64,000 nt of DNA from an uncultured Chloroflexia bacterium (GCA_963700285.1 CAVOXA010000001.1:768001-832000), one strand, 5' to 3'. Counted from the first letter of the stretch, positions 10,833 through 20,873 are shown. Program-made: numbers and translations. Notes: generated by a model from the letters alone, not told the origin.

Positions 10833-11548
10833 ATATTTTCAGCAATTTGGGCATCACTGAACTAGTCCTCATCTTTCTGTTGGCCCTCTTGGTTGTCGGC
10901 CCCGAGCGACTGCCGGAATTGGGTCGGAAATTGGGCGCCACACTGCGGGATCTGCGGAAAGCCTACGAAAATCTGACCAGAGACCTGGGACCGGAGCTGG
11001 CCTCTTTCCAGGAGACTGCCCGGGAGTTGCGGGATTCGGTTGATTCTGTCCGGACCATTCCCCAGGATATGGTCCAGAAGGTAGTCAAGTCTGCTGAACT
11101 TGATGAAACCCTGGATGAGTTGAAGGGGGTGCGGGATACAGTTGGAGGAATGGGGAAGACCTTGACTGATGCCCAGAAAGCGGTCAGCAACCCCTTGAAT
11201 GCAGCCGTGGCTACGGCGCGCAGTGCGCTGTCACCTGAAAAGGCTCAAACAGAAAAGGGGCCAGGGGACGAAAGGACAATAGCAACAAGACCCGCCGAGG
11301 AGCCTGGCGACGCGGCAGGGATGGCACAAAAAGCAGCAGCGGGTGCTGAGCAGCAAAATGCATCCCGGCCCGACGCCGGGACGGCTACAAGTGTGGAGGA
11401 AGAGCCTATTCCAGCCAATACTGGGGCTGGTAGTGAAACAGTGGCTGCTGCCAAGGTGACCGCTGACCCCACAGCTCTTGCAGAACAACAGGAGCAGGAC
11501 AGTCTGGAGGTGGATACTACGGTCCCCCCGGAGCAGGACGATGATTGA
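10829..11548 (+). CDS. tatB: Twin-arginine translocase TatA/TatB subunit with long acidic tail
   Basis: [30 protein letters not shown]; overlaps nusB stop and tatC start. Confidence 0.85.
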   Translation: MNIFSNLGITELVLIFLLALLVVGPERLPELGRKLGATLRDLRKAYENLTRDLGPELASFQETARELRDSVDSVRTIPQDMVQKVVKSAELDETLDELKGVRDTVGGMGKTLTDAQKAVSNPLNAAVATARSALSPEKAQTEKGPGDERTIATRPAEEPGDAAGMAQKAAAGAEQQNASRPDAGTATSVEEEPIPANTGAGSETVAAAKVTADPTALAEQQEQDSLEVDTTVPPEQDDD

Positions 11549-12803
11549 TGATCCATCTGTTCCGATGAGCTACGATCCTTCCAGCCCGATGGATGATGAG
11601 CGGACCACTCCAGATGGCGAGGGAGAAGCTGAGTCAGGAATTGGCTCCTCTAGTGATGCTCAGGACACGCCAAGCAGCGAACCAGAAGCTGAACCTGAAA
11701 CGACGCCCTCGACCGACTCCCAGGAAACGCAGCGCAGCGAGGCAGATTCCGAGCCTGAGATGGCACCCTTGATAGATTCTCAGGATATGCCGAGCAGCGA
11801 GCCGGACCCTGAGCATGAAGCGATGCCGTTGGCTGATGCTCAGGATACCCCGAGCAGCGAGCCAGACCCTGAGCCTGAAACGACGCCCTTGACAGACCCT
11901 CAGGATGCGCCGAGCAGCGAGCCAGACTTCGAGCCTGTACCGGCGCCCTCGACTGAGGCATTGATCGCGCCCAGTGGGGAGTCGGATGCTGATCAGACGA
12001 GTGCACCGGAGAGCAGTACCCAGGCTGAGGTGCGCGCTGAGCCTGTTGCAGAGGCCAAGGCCAAATCTGCTGGCACGGCCCAAAGCCCAGCAGAAAGTGT
12101 GCCAGGCACCGAGCCGGCCGTCATGCCGCTCATGGAGCACCTCATAGAACTCCGCAAGCGGCTAACATGGGCTGTGCTGGCGCTCTTGATTAGTACGGGT
12201 ATCAGCTTTATCTTTGCCAAGCAGGTGTTGATCTTTCTCATTGCGCCCATGGGGGATGCTATGCCCCAGGCCCTCAAGCCCACCGAGTCCCTGGGCAACT
12301 ATATGAAGGTGGCCCTCATCTGCGGCGTAACATTGGCCATGCCAGTGATCGTGTACCAAATCGGGCGCTTTCTGGCGCCTGGACTGACAAAGCAAGAGAA
12401 GCGCTGGCTTTTCGTGTTGGTGCCCGGAGCTACCTTGTGTTTTGTGGTCGGCGCTGCCTTTGCCTACTTTGTAATGCTTCCGACGGCCATCCCCTTCCTC
12501 CAGGGTTTCATGTCCGACATCATCGATCAGGCGTGGGCCATCGGCGAGTACCTGTCCTTCGTCACTTCCCTCCTCTTGTGGATCGGACTGGCCTTTGAGT
12601 TGCCCCTCTTCGTCTTCTTTTTGGCCAAACTGGGCATCATTAACGTCGAGATGCTCACCAAGAACCGAAAATACGCCTATCTGGGCATCGCGGTGGCAGC
12701 GGCGATTATCACCCCCACGGTTGACCCGTTGAACATGATGCTCGTCATGGGTCCCTTGATTGTCCTGTACGAGGTAGGTGTGATCCTGGCCAGGATCGCC
12801 TGA
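11541..12803 (+). CDS. tatC: Twin-arginine translocase TatC with ~190-aa acidic repetitive N-terminal extension
   Basis: MPLMEHLIELRKRL, YQIGRFLAPGL, FELP, AAIITPTVDP, LYEVG. Confidence 0.93.
   Translation: MIDDPSVPMSYDPSSPMDDERTTPDGEGEAESGIGSSSDAQDTPSSEPEAEPETTPSTDSQETQRSEADSEPEMAPLIDSQDMPSSEPDPEHEAMPLADAQDTPSSEPDPEPETTPLTDPQDAPSSEPDFEPVPAPSTEALIAPSGESDADQTSAPESSTQAEVRAEPVAEAKAKSAGTAQSPAESVPGTEPAVMPLMEHLIELRKRLTWAVLALLISTGISFIFAKQVLIFLIAPMGDAMPQALKPTESLGNYMKVALICGVTLAMPVIVYQIGRFLAPGLTKQEKRWLFVLVPGATLCFVVGAAFAYFVMLPTAIPFLQGFMSDIIDQAWAIGEYLSFVTSLLLWIGLAFELPLFVFFLAKLGIINVEMLTKNRKYAYLGIAVAAAIITPTVDPLNMMLVMGPLIVLYEVGVILARIA
11655..11954 (+). repeat. Five tandem degenerate 60-bp (20-aa) repeats in the tatC 5' region
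   Basis: Units D(A/S/P)Q(D/E)xPSSEPDPEPETxP(L/S)x; GAyxCyCAGGA...AGCAGCGA recurs every 60 bp. Confidence 0.9.
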
Positions 12804-12906
12804 TTCCCGTTTTCAGAACCAAGCAAATAGCCAGGTGACCGCAGTACCGGCAGCAGACAGCGGGAACAATCTGCTGCCGGTGTCGCGCTTGTGTCTCACG
12901 TCTAGA

Positions 12907-12935
12907 TTTACATTTGGCTGATTCTGGTGTAGAAT
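12907..12935 (+). promoter_or_regulatory. Putative sigma70 promoter for the methyltransferase-parA-partner unit
   Basis: TTTACA-17 bp-TAGAAT, preceded by hairpin ACCGGCAGCAGA...TCTGCTGCCGGT (12846-12881). Confidence 0.6.
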
Positions 12936-13029
12936 GGGAGCGCATCGTGTCCACCTAGAACTGCAAGACGTCCCCAACATGGTGCACTGAGAACCTGGCA
13001 AGCCAACCCAGGTCAGAACAAAGGATATC

Positions 13030-13842
13030 ATGACGATCAAAGACCTACGACAGGCCAATATCGAAACTCGCGAGGTGTGGAACGAGAACGCCGCTTTCTG
13101 GGATGAGCGTATGGGTGAGGGCAACGATTTTGTTGAGCTGCTGATCTGGCCCGCGACGGAGCGCCTGCTGGAGCTGCAACCGGGCGAACGGGTGCTGGAT
13201 ATCGCCTGTGGCAACGGCTTGACCTCGCGGCGCATGGCGGCCATCGGGGCCGAGGTTGTGGCCTGTGATTTTGCGGCTGAGATGGTGGCCCATGCCCGGG
13301 CTCGCACGGCAGACCATGCAGCACCGATCCAATACCATGTTCTCGATGCGACCGACGAGGTTGCCCTCCTGGCACTGGGTGAGGGCCGGTTTGATGCTGC
13401 TCTGTGCAGTATGGCGCTCTTTGACATGGCCGAGATCGAGCCGCTCATGAGGGCTCTGGCCCGGCTCCTACACCCCGGAGGACGTTTCGTGTTCTCGGTA
13501 CTTCATCCTTGTTTCAACCATGTCCACATGGTTCAGATGGCCGAGATGGAGGACCGGGAAGGGCAGATCGTCACCACCTACTCGGTGAAGGTCTTTGGCT
13601 ACATGACTCCCTCGGTGGCCCGCGGTACGGCCATTGGTGGGCAGCCAAAGCCGCAGCTCTATTTTGATCGTCCCTTGCAGGTGTTGCTGGGTGCTGCTTT
13701 CGCGGCGGGCTTTGTTCTGGATGGTTTGGAGGAGAGGGCGTTTCCTCCGGAGCATTTGCCCGACCGGAACCCGTTGGCCTGGAGCGGTAACTTTTGCGAG
13801 ATCCCGCCCGTACTTGTGGCGCGGGCGCGTCTGGCTGGATAG
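13030..13842 (+). CDS. Class I SAM-dependent methyltransferase
   Basis: VLDIACGNG motif I, FDAALCSMAL, LHPGGRFVFSVLHPCF. Confidence 0.9.
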   Translation: MTIKDLRQANIETREVWNENAAFWDERMGEGNDFVELLIWPATERLLELQPGERVLDIACGNGLTSRRMAAIGAEVVACDFAAEMVAHARARTADHAAPIQYHVLDATDEVALLALGEGRFDAALCSMALFDMAEIEPLMRALARLLHPGGRFVFSVLHPCFNHVHMVQMAEMEDREGQIVTTYSVKVFGYMTPSVARGTAIGGQPKPQLYFDRPLQVLLGAAFAAGFVLDGLEERAFPPEHLPDRNPLAWSGNFCEIPPVLVARARLAG

Positions 13843-13854
13843 GGCGAGGAATTC

Positions 13855-14604
13855 ATGAGAAAGATTGTTGTCGCCCTTTCAAAAGGGGGTGTGGGCAAGA
13901 CCACAACGGCGATTAACCTGGCGGCAGGTCTGGCCAAGAGTGGCAACCGCGTGCTCCTGGTTGACATGGATACGCAGGGACAGGTGGCAAAGGCTCTGGG
14001 ACTTGAGCCTCAGGCAGGCCTGGCCGAGGTCATGGCTGGCGAGCTGTCGGCAGACAGAGCAATAACGGTGGCTAGGGAAGGGCTCTGGCTTTTGGCTGGA
14101 GGCCGCTCCCTGGCTGGTCTGAAGCGAGATATTGCCCGTAAGGACTTTGGCGGCGAAAAGAGCTTGGCCGAGGCCCTTGGCCCGCTGGAAGGATGCTACG
14201 ATCAGGTCATTGTTGATACAGCGCCCGCGTGGGATGTGCTGATGGTCAACGCACTCTTTTATGCGGACGAGGTCCTGATCCCGGTCGCATTGGAGGTCAT
14301 GGCTCTGCAAGGCCTGGTTGATTTTTCCCATGCGTTGGGCCCCATCCAGAAATACCACCGGAATCTGGTCCTGCGCTACGTTCTCCCGACCTTTATGGAT
14401 CGCCGGGTTAAAAAGTCGGAAGAGATCCTCCATCAATTGGGGCATCACTATGCCGAGCGGGTCTGCGATCCCATCCGCTACAACGTGCGGTTGTCGGAGG
14501 CGCCAGGGTATGGCCAGACCATCTACGAGTATTCTCCAACCTGTGCTGGCTCCCAAGACTATATGAAACTTACTGAAAGGGTGTTGCAGGATGGCCAGTC
14601 GTAA
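13855..14604 (+). CDS. parA: ParA/Soj family ATPase (orphan, no parB)
   Basis: Deviant Walker A KGGVGKTT, LLVDMDTQG, IVDTAP, IRYNVRLSEAP. Confidence 0.92.
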   Translation: MRKIVVALSKGGVGKTTTAINLAAGLAKSGNRVLLVDMDTQGQVAKALGLEPQAGLAEVMAGELSADRAITVAREGLWLLAGGRSLAGLKRDIARKDFGGEKSLAEALGPLEGCYDQVIVDTAPAWDVLMVNALFYADEVLIPVALEVMALQGLVDFSHALGPIQKYHRNLVLRYVLPTFMDRRVKKSEEILHQLGHHYAERVCDPIRYNVRLSEAPGYGQTIYEYSPTCAGSQDYMKLTERVLQDGQS

Positions 14605-15085
14605 AGAGACTCCAGACGTACTTGGTGAGCTGTTAGGTGGTAGTACATCTCCACCCCGGCCGGTGCCCGTGATGGTAGCCAATCTGCTGCCTGGGGAAGG
14701 ACCTGAGCCAATACCTGCGGATGAACCGAAACCAGCGATGGTGGCAGAATCTAAACCGGTGCTGCTGGAAAAACCCAAGGCGCTTCCAGCGTCAGAACCG
14801 GCATTGGATCTTGTGGCGGGGGTTGAGCCAGTTCACGGGCGTGGGGTATCCAGCCGCCCGCGCCGGACCAAGGATCTACGGTGGGAGTATGTCGAGATCG
14901 TATTCTGCGATCATGGTGGCTTTCGCCCGCGTTATATCAACGGCCTGGAGTCAAGGAACTGGAAAAAAGCCCCGCTCATCTACGACTATTTGAATTACCT
15001 TGGCGAGCAGGGCTGGGAGCTGGCCGGGGTAGGTGGCCGGCACAAAGGTCAGATGCCTGCCTACGTGAAGCGGCTGAAACGATAG
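14591..15085 (+). CDS. Hypothetical ParA partner: basic N-terminus, Pro/Glu-rich linker, DUF4177-like C-terminal domain
   Basis: Overlaps parA 3' end by 14 nt; MASRKETPDVLGELLG N-terminus; WEY...LNYLGEQGWELAGV resembles DUF4177. Confidence 0.7.
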   Translation: MASRKETPDVLGELLGGSTSPPRPVPVMVANLLPGEGPEPIPADEPKPAMVAESKPVLLEKPKALPASEPALDLVAGVEPVHGRGVSSRPRRTKDLRWEYVEIVFCDHGGFRPRYINGLESRNWKKAPLIYDYLNYLGEQGWELAGVGGRHKGQMPAYVKRLKR

Positions 15086-15125
15086 GGAGCGTTCTGGCAA
15101 CCTCTGATGCAGGGCTTTCGCTACC

Positions 15126-16163
15126 TCACAGACCCCGGAGGCTTTGTCTCTGTGGCATCTCGCCCCGAAGAAACCCCTCGGCCAGCTCTACCAAGTCTTT
15201 GTTGCCGACAAAAACTGGCGTGCGTTGGTGCAGCTCGGTAGGCTGAATGTTCAGGATTCGCTGCCAGCCATCGGATGCGGCCCCGCCTGCCTGCTCTGCG
15301 AGGAAAGCCATCGGCGCTACCTCGTACAGCAGGCGCAGCTTGCCGTGGGGTCTCTTGGGATCGCGACTATCAGCAGGGTAGTAAAAGATGCCGCCACCCA
15401 AAAGATTCCGGTGAAAGTCGGCCACCAGCGATCCCACGTAGCGCATGGAGAGGTTTTGGGCCTGGAGATGCTCGGTGTATTCCTGGATCTCGCGTGGCCA
15501 GTAGCGCTCGTAGCCCTGGTTGACGCTGTAGAACTTGGGCGGCTCTGGAATGCGGATATCGGGATGGGTCAGCAGGAATTCTCCTACCGTCTGGTCGAGC
15601 GTGAAACCATGCACGCCGTCGCCCGCGCTGTAGACCAGCATGGTACTGGGTCCGTAGAGGATATAGCCGGCGGCTACAATGTCGCGCCCGGGCTGCAAGC
15701 AGTCGTCGATAGTGCCCCGTGTCCCATCTGGCGACTTGCGGCGCATGATGGAAAAGACAGTCCCGATGCTGACCGCATAGTCGATGTTGGAGGAGCCATC
15801 CAGCGGGTCAAAGACCAACACATAGTGGCCCGTGTCGTATTGATCCGGGATGGGGATTACGCTCTGGCTTTCTTCAGATGCCATAACTGCCAGGCGGCCG
15901 GTAAACTGATTGAGGCGTACGATGGTGGCGTTGGCATACTCGTCCAGCTTGGCCACCTCCTCGCCTTGGACGTTGAAATGGCCGGTGAGGCCCAGGATGT
16001 CCTGGAGCCCGGCCATGGTGGTCTCTCGGGCGATCACCTTTCCGGCCAATGCGATGTCGTACAGGATGCTGGTCAACGCGCCGGTAGCTCCTGGATATTG
16101 CTTTTGCTGCTGTAGGATGTGGCGTTCAATTGTGATGACCCGGTCGGGACTCGTATCCTCCAT
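15126..16163 (-). CDS. fbp: Class 1 fructose-1,6-bisphosphatase
   Basis: [44 protein letters not shown]; GGAGGAGG SD. Confidence 0.96.
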   Translation of the reverse strand: MEDTSPDRVITIERHILQQQKQYPGATGALTSILYDIALAGKVIARETTMAGLQDILGLTGHFNVQGEEVAKLDEYANATIVRLNQFTGRLAVMASEESQSVIPIPDQYDTGHYVLVFDPLDGSSNIDYAVSIGTVFSIMRRKSPDGTRGTIDDCLQPGRDIVAAGYILYGPSTMLVYSAGDGVHGFTLDQTVGEFLLTHPDIRIPEPPKFYSVNQGYERYWPREIQEYTEHLQAQNLSMRYVGSLVADFHRNLLGGGIFYYPADSRDPKRPHGKLRLLYEVAPMAFLAEQAGGAASDGWQRILNIQPTELHQRTPVFVGNKDLVELAEGFLRGEMPQRQSLRGL

Positions 16164-16196
16164 GGTTACGTTCCTCCTCCTGTGCTGGGTGAGGAC

Positions 16197-16225
16197 ATTG
16201 TAGCGTAGAACCGGTAGAGAGGCAA
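16197..16225 (-). promoter_or_regulatory. Putative sigma70 promoter for fbp
   Basis: Minus strand TTGCCT-17 bp-TACAAT. Confidence 0.6.
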
Positions 16226-16378
16226 GTAGTATCCTGCGAGATGGTGAACTCTGTGGTCATCCATTCTGAGATCCAGCTGCAAACACTTTTTCTCCCCTTG
16301 GTTTTGTGCCAAGATGGGGACTGTTACGGGTACCAAGACAAGTATCAGCCAGGGCTGACTTCCTGGCCCCGTCTTTGG

Positions 16379-17371
16379 TCACTCGGTGAACAGAAGCTGG
16401 CCATATACAGCCCGATGGTCCATGCCCCAACCTCCATCGAGCCGTGCGGTCCCGGGCGACTCGCCGAGGACCCGGGCGGTACCCGTGAGAAAGTTGCTGG
16501 TCACATGGTCGTAGGTTCTTGTGAAAAACGGATAGCGCAGTGTGGGATATGGTGGCTCGCGCTCCGCAATTCCACTGTGATAGACATAGCCCGAGGCGCT
16601 ATCGAGGCCGATCTGCTGTCGCCAATAGCGGATGCTTGGGTCATCCTCACGCCAGGGATCGAGGTTAAAGTCACCCATGATGAGGGCTTTTCTTTCGCGT
16701 ACCAGGCTCTCTGACTCAAATACCTGCTGGATGGCGGCCAGACGGCAGGGGGGGCTCCGATTCTCGGCGTGGGCGTTTACGACGTCAAAGGTACGACCTT
16801 TAATCTGTACAGTCGCGGCCATGATGGATACGCTGTGGCGGCAGTCCTCTTGCTGCCGCTCAAAGCGGTTGGTGTGGCACAGGGCGCCCGGCTCGCAGCC
16901 CAGAATACCGCCGGCACCGGTTCGGACGGCGATGCACTCGAATGCGTTTCGCCTTTCACAGATGATGGTATAATCTGGTCCAACCAACCTGCGAACCTGT
17001 GGATGGTCGGGGGAACCGGCGCAGACACTCCCGGGAAGGGTCAGTCGGCGGTTTTCGCACATCCAGGGTGGCAAGGTTTCCTGGATGCCAACGAGGTCTG
17101 GATGCAGAGCCTGAAGGTTCCTCGCGATCCGCGTTTCCACGGCCCGCCGGCAGAGCTTTACAAAATAGGGCCAGCACAAGGGTGACGTATTGCCAACATT
17201 GACGGTCATCACCGTTAGTCCGTCGCGATTGTTATTCATTTCGGGAATTGAGGCCCTCCTGCTGCTTGTGTCGGAAGGCTGATCCCGCAAAGGCCAGCAC
17301 ATTCCGATCGCAAAAAGGATGGTAAGGATGCCTGGAACTGGGACAAGCAGAAACATCCGGCTCTGGCGCAT
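16379..17371 (-). CDS. Membrane-anchored/secreted endonuclease/exonuclease/phosphatase (EEP) family protein, Cys-rich
   Basis: VMTVNVGN, DLVGIQE, NAH, IMGDFN, TYDHV, MDHRAV; N-terminal hydrophobic helix. Confidence 0.82.
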   Translation of the reverse strand: MRQSRMFLLVPVPGILTILFAIGMCWPLRDQPSDTSSRRASIPEMNNNRDGLTVMTVNVGNTSPLCWPYFVKLCRRAVETRIARNLQALHPDLVGIQETLPPWMCENRRLTLPGSVCAGSPDHPQVRRLVGPDYTIICERRNAFECIAVRTGAGGILGCEPGALCHTNRFERQQEDCRHSVSIMAATVQIKGRTFDVVNAHAENRSPPCRLAAIQQVFESESLVRERKALIMGDFNLDPWREDDPSIRYWRQQIGLDSASGYVYHSGIAEREPPYPTLRYPFFTRTYDHVTSNFLTGTARVLGESPGTARLDGGWGMDHRAVYGQLLFTE

Positions 17372-17378
17372 GACGGTT

Positions 17379-17407
17379 ATTATAGTCCAATGCCTGGTGA
17401 CGGTCAA
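17379..17407 (-). promoter_or_regulatory. Sigma70 promoter implying a leaderless mRNA for the EEP gene
   Basis: Minus strand TTGACC-17 bp-TATAAT, then 7 nt, then in-frame ATG at 17371. Confidence 0.72.
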
Positions 17408-17549
17408 CCTCTGTCACAGTCATAGACACTTATGTCGGGACAAACTGGCAGTCTTGGTGAACGCAGGATTGCACCCAGGGCTGGGTCGGAGGGTCTTGGT
17501 CCAATGACCGAACCAGGGTAAGACCGCAAAGAGAAGGAGGACACCAAGC

Positions 17550-19143
17550 ATGTCTTCGAACCCCGTAGTATGCCAGGAATGGGATGATGAGGCTGACATC
17601 GTTGTCGTGGGATTTGGGGGCGCCGGCGCCTGTGCGGTGCTGGAGGCTGCGCAGAAAGGCGCGGCGGTGATGGCCCTCGACCGCTACCATGGCGGTGGGG
17701 CGACGGCTGCCAGCGGGGCCATCGTCTATGCTGGCGGCGGGCTATGACGATACGCCGGAAGAGATGTACCGCTATCTGAAGCTGGAGGTTGGTGAGGCCG
17801 TCTCTGACTCGACGCTGCGCCGCTTCTGTCGCGAGTCGCCGGGCAACATCGCCTGGCTCGAGGAGGCAGGGGTTCCCTTTGAGGCATCGCTGTGCCCGTT
17901 CAAGACCTCCTATCCCACCGATGATTACTACCTGTACTTTTCTGGAAACGAGCTGGTCCTCCGCTTCGAGGCCCAGGCCAAACCAGCACCGCGCGGTCAC
18001 CGCGCCAAGGGCCCAGGTATCTCGGGGCTCACGTTGTACCACGCCCTGGAGGAGGCTGCTCTGCGTTGCAGAGTCCGGTTGCGGCGCCAGTCGCAGATAC
18101 GGCGCCTGCTCATGTCGCAGCATGGACGGGTGATTGGCGTGGAAGGCCGCTCTATCCCACCCGAGTCAGTATGGGCAGATCTTCACGGTCGCCTGTCCAA
18201 GGTTAACGCCAAAGCCACCACCTATGCGCCGGGTATTGCCAGGCATATCACAGCCACGCTGGAAAAGATCATGGACCGCCATGCCCATCCCTACCGGGTA
18301 CGAGCACACAAGGCCGTCATCTTGGCAGCAGGCGGTTTCATCTTTGACCCGGACAAGGTGCAGGAGCACGCGCCAGCCTATCTGCGCTGCCTGCCCCTGG
18401 GCACGCCAGGCGATGATGGTGCCGGGATCCGGTTGGGAGAGAGCGTCGGTGGGGTAACAGCGCGTATGGACCGCGTTTCTGCCTGGCGTTTTTACGCGCC
18501 CCCGGATGTGCTAGTACAGGGAGTGCTGGTGAACAAGCAGGGGCAGCGCATTTGCAGCGAGGACTTGTATGGTGCAACACTGGGAGATCAGATCGTGGCG
18601 AACGGGGGCGAAGCCTTTCTGGTTTTTGACGCCCAAACCTATCGGGAGGGTGTGCGCAAGCTGAGAAGCCAGGCCGCCCTGTTCCAATGGTTGTACATGT
18701 TGCCCATGTTTCTTATCGGCCGGAAAAGGGCCAAGTCGTTTGAGGGGCTGGCGGCCAAAATCGGTGCGCCTGCCGCTGGGCTTTCGGCTACAATGTCTAC
18801 TTGCAACGCTGTCGCTGAACGCGGTGAACCTGATCCACTGGGCAAGATCCAGGAGCGCTTTGTTCCTCAGGACAGGCCGCCTTTCTATGCTATCGATTGC
18901 TCTCTCGATTCGTCCAATGGGGTACCTTGCCCGGCCATGACCCTTGGCGGCTTGGTGGTGAATGAAGGGACCGGACAGGTAGTCCGCACTGATGGCTCGA
19001 CTGTCGAGGGGCTGTACGCAGCGGGGCGGAACGCTGTGGGCGTCTGCTCCGAAGCTTATGTCAGTGGGCTTTCTATTGCTGACTGCGTGTTCTCGGGCCG
19101 GCGAGCTGGGCGCCACGCAGCGCTACTATCGAGCGAGGAATAG
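17550..19143 (+). CDS. FAD-dependent 3-ketosteroid delta4-dehydrogenase-like oxidoreductase (TesI family), frame broken near 17740
   Basis: DIVVVGFGGAG, GGGATAASG, SLCPFKTSYPTDDYYLYFSGNE, ILAAGGF, TLGGL, GLYAAGR, YVSGLSIADCVFSGR; AAGGAGG SD. Confidence 0.75.
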
Positions 19144-19175
19144 ACCTCGGAGGTTTTCCGAAACCTCCGAGGTCT
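19142..19175. repeat. Perfect 15-bp inverted repeat (REP-like palindrome / bidirectional terminator) between convergent genes
   Basis: AGACCTCGGAGGTTT-TCCG-AAACCTCCGAGGTCT. Confidence 0.8.
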
Positions 19176-19214
19176 GCTGCAAGGACATCGGCCATGAGAA
19201 TTCGCCCAACAATC

Positions 19215-20813
19215 CTAGAAACCGACGGCGCAGCCATCCTTTCGGGGTTCCGAGCCGCCCCACAGGACGCCCGTATCCGGATCGACGGCGATAACCTGGC
19301 CACCCCCAAAGCCGGGTGAGAAGGTTCTCTCCCGCACTACCTCGTGGCCCATCATGGCCAAGGCTCTGCGCGTTGTAGCTGGTACGGCGGTTTCGATCTG
19401 GACCTGCGGCCCGCCGCGACGATCTACCTGGAACCGCGGGGCATCCAGGGCTGCTTGGGGATCCAGGCCATAGTCCACCATGTTGACCAGCACCTGCAGG
19501 TGCCCTTGGGGCTGCATAAAGCCGCCCATTACGCCAAAGCTGAGCCACAACCGGCCATCGCGCAGAGCCATAGCGGGGATGATGGTGTGGTAAGGCCGCT
19601 TTCCCCCGGCCAGTGCGTTGAGATGTCCCGGCTCCAGGCTAAAACACGCGCCCCGATTCTGCAAGCAGACACCAGTGTCCGGTACGACCAGGCCAGAGCC
19701 AAAGCCCATGTAGAGACTGTTAATAAATGATACGGCGTTGCCCTGTCCATCGGCAACGGTGAGGTAGACGGTGTCCTTGTGCTCCGGCTGATCCGGGCCG
19801 GCCATCTCCAGCGCGCGGTCAGGGTGGATGCGGGCCCGGTGCTGGGCAGCGTACTCCTTGGACAGGAGTTTTTCCAGCGGCACGTCGGCCATAGCCGGGT
19901 CGGCCACGAAGCGTCCGGCGTCGACCATGCCCAGGCGCATGGACTCTATCATCGTATGCCAGCGTTCGACATCGTAATAGTTCATGTTCCCGATGTCATA
20001 GCCTTCGACGATATTGAGGGCCACGAGAGCGGCCAGGCCCTGGCCATTGGGTGGGTGTTCGAGTACCTCTACGTCCCGGTATGTGGTCCGGATGGGTACT
20101 CCCCAGGTAGCGGTGTGGGCCGCCAGGTCGCCTGCGGTCAAGTAACCGCCCTTGGCTTGGACGCAGGCGGCGATCTTTTCCGCCAGCGGGCCGTGGTAAA
20201 ATGCATCGGCGCCCCCCTCGGCGACGGCGCGGAAGGTGCGAGCAAGGTCGGGCTGGCGGTGGATCTCTCCCGGTTTGGGCGCCGGCAGATAGATGCGAGC
20301 CGCTTCGGGGTCCTGTGACAGCTTTCCGGCGCCATAGTTCCAGCCACGGCTGATCCATGGACTGACTGGAAAGCCCTCCTCTGCGCTGGTGATAGCGGGG
20401 GCCAGGCAGTCGCTCAGGCTCATGGTGCCGAAACGTTCCAGGAGTGCAGCCCAGCCACTGGCTGTCCCAGGCACGGTTACCGGCAACGGCCCGTTGCTGG
20501 GGATCTCCTCCAGGCCGAGCCTCTGTGCCTCCTCCAGCGTAAAGGCTGCCGGAGCGCGGCCGCTGCCGTTGAGGGCTGTCACCTGGCCGGAGTCTGCCTC
20601 GTAGATCAAGGCAAAGCAATCGCCGCCGATACCGGTGGACATCGGCTCCACGACGTTGAGCATGGCGGCCACGGTCACGGCAGCGTCGGCTGCGTTGCCG
20701 CCGTCCATCAAGACCCGCAGACCGGCTGTAGCGGCCAGGGGCTGGCTGGTGGCGACCATTCCCTTCCGGGCAAGTATGGGTGAGCGACGAGAGTGGAATT
20801 TCCTAGTTGTCAC
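19215..20813 (-). CDS. ggt: Gamma-glutamyltransferase family protein
   Basis: GGNAADAA, EPMSTGIGGD, catalytic DTVY, INSLYMGFGSG, LQNRG, KRPYHTIIP, GVMGGFMQPQGH. Confidence 0.93.
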   Translation of the reverse strand: MTTRKFHSRRSPILARKGMVATSQPLAATAGLRVLMDGGNAADAAVTVAAMLNVVEPMSTGIGGDCFALIYEADSGQVTALNGSGRAPAAFTLEEAQRLGLEEIPSNGPLPVTVPGTASGWAALLERFGTMSLSDCLAPAITSAEEGFPVSPWISRGWNYGAGKLSQDPEAARIYLPAPKPGEIHRQPDLARTFRAVAEGGADAFYHGPLAEKIAACVQAKGGYLTAGDLAAHTATWGVPIRTTYRDVEVLEHPPNGQGLAALVALNIVEGYDIGNMNYYDVERWHTMIESMRLGMVDAGRFVADPAMADVPLEKLLSKEYAAQHRARIHPDRALEMAGPDQPEHKDTVYLTVADGQGNAVSFINSLYMGFGSGLVVPDTGVCLQNRGACFSLEPGHLNALAGGKRPYHTIIPAMALRDGRLWLSFGVMGGFMQPQGHLQVLVNMVDYGLDPQAALDAPRFQVDRRGGPQVQIETAVPATTRRALAMMGHEVVRERTFSPGFGGGQVIAVDPDTGVLWGGSEPRKDGCAVGF

Positions 20814-20873
20814 TGTTCGACCTCCACGGACATAGTTGTCTCAGAGTGTTCTCGGATCTGCAAATCATGCCTG

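Noticed and set aside
11655-11954. 60-bp periodic repeats as a CRISPR array
   Set aside because: Whole units are degenerate copies with no unique spacers, they lie in frame within tatC, and no cas genes are present
15144-16115. 323-aa plus-strand ORF
   Set aside because: Antisense shadow of fbp with no recognisable motifs
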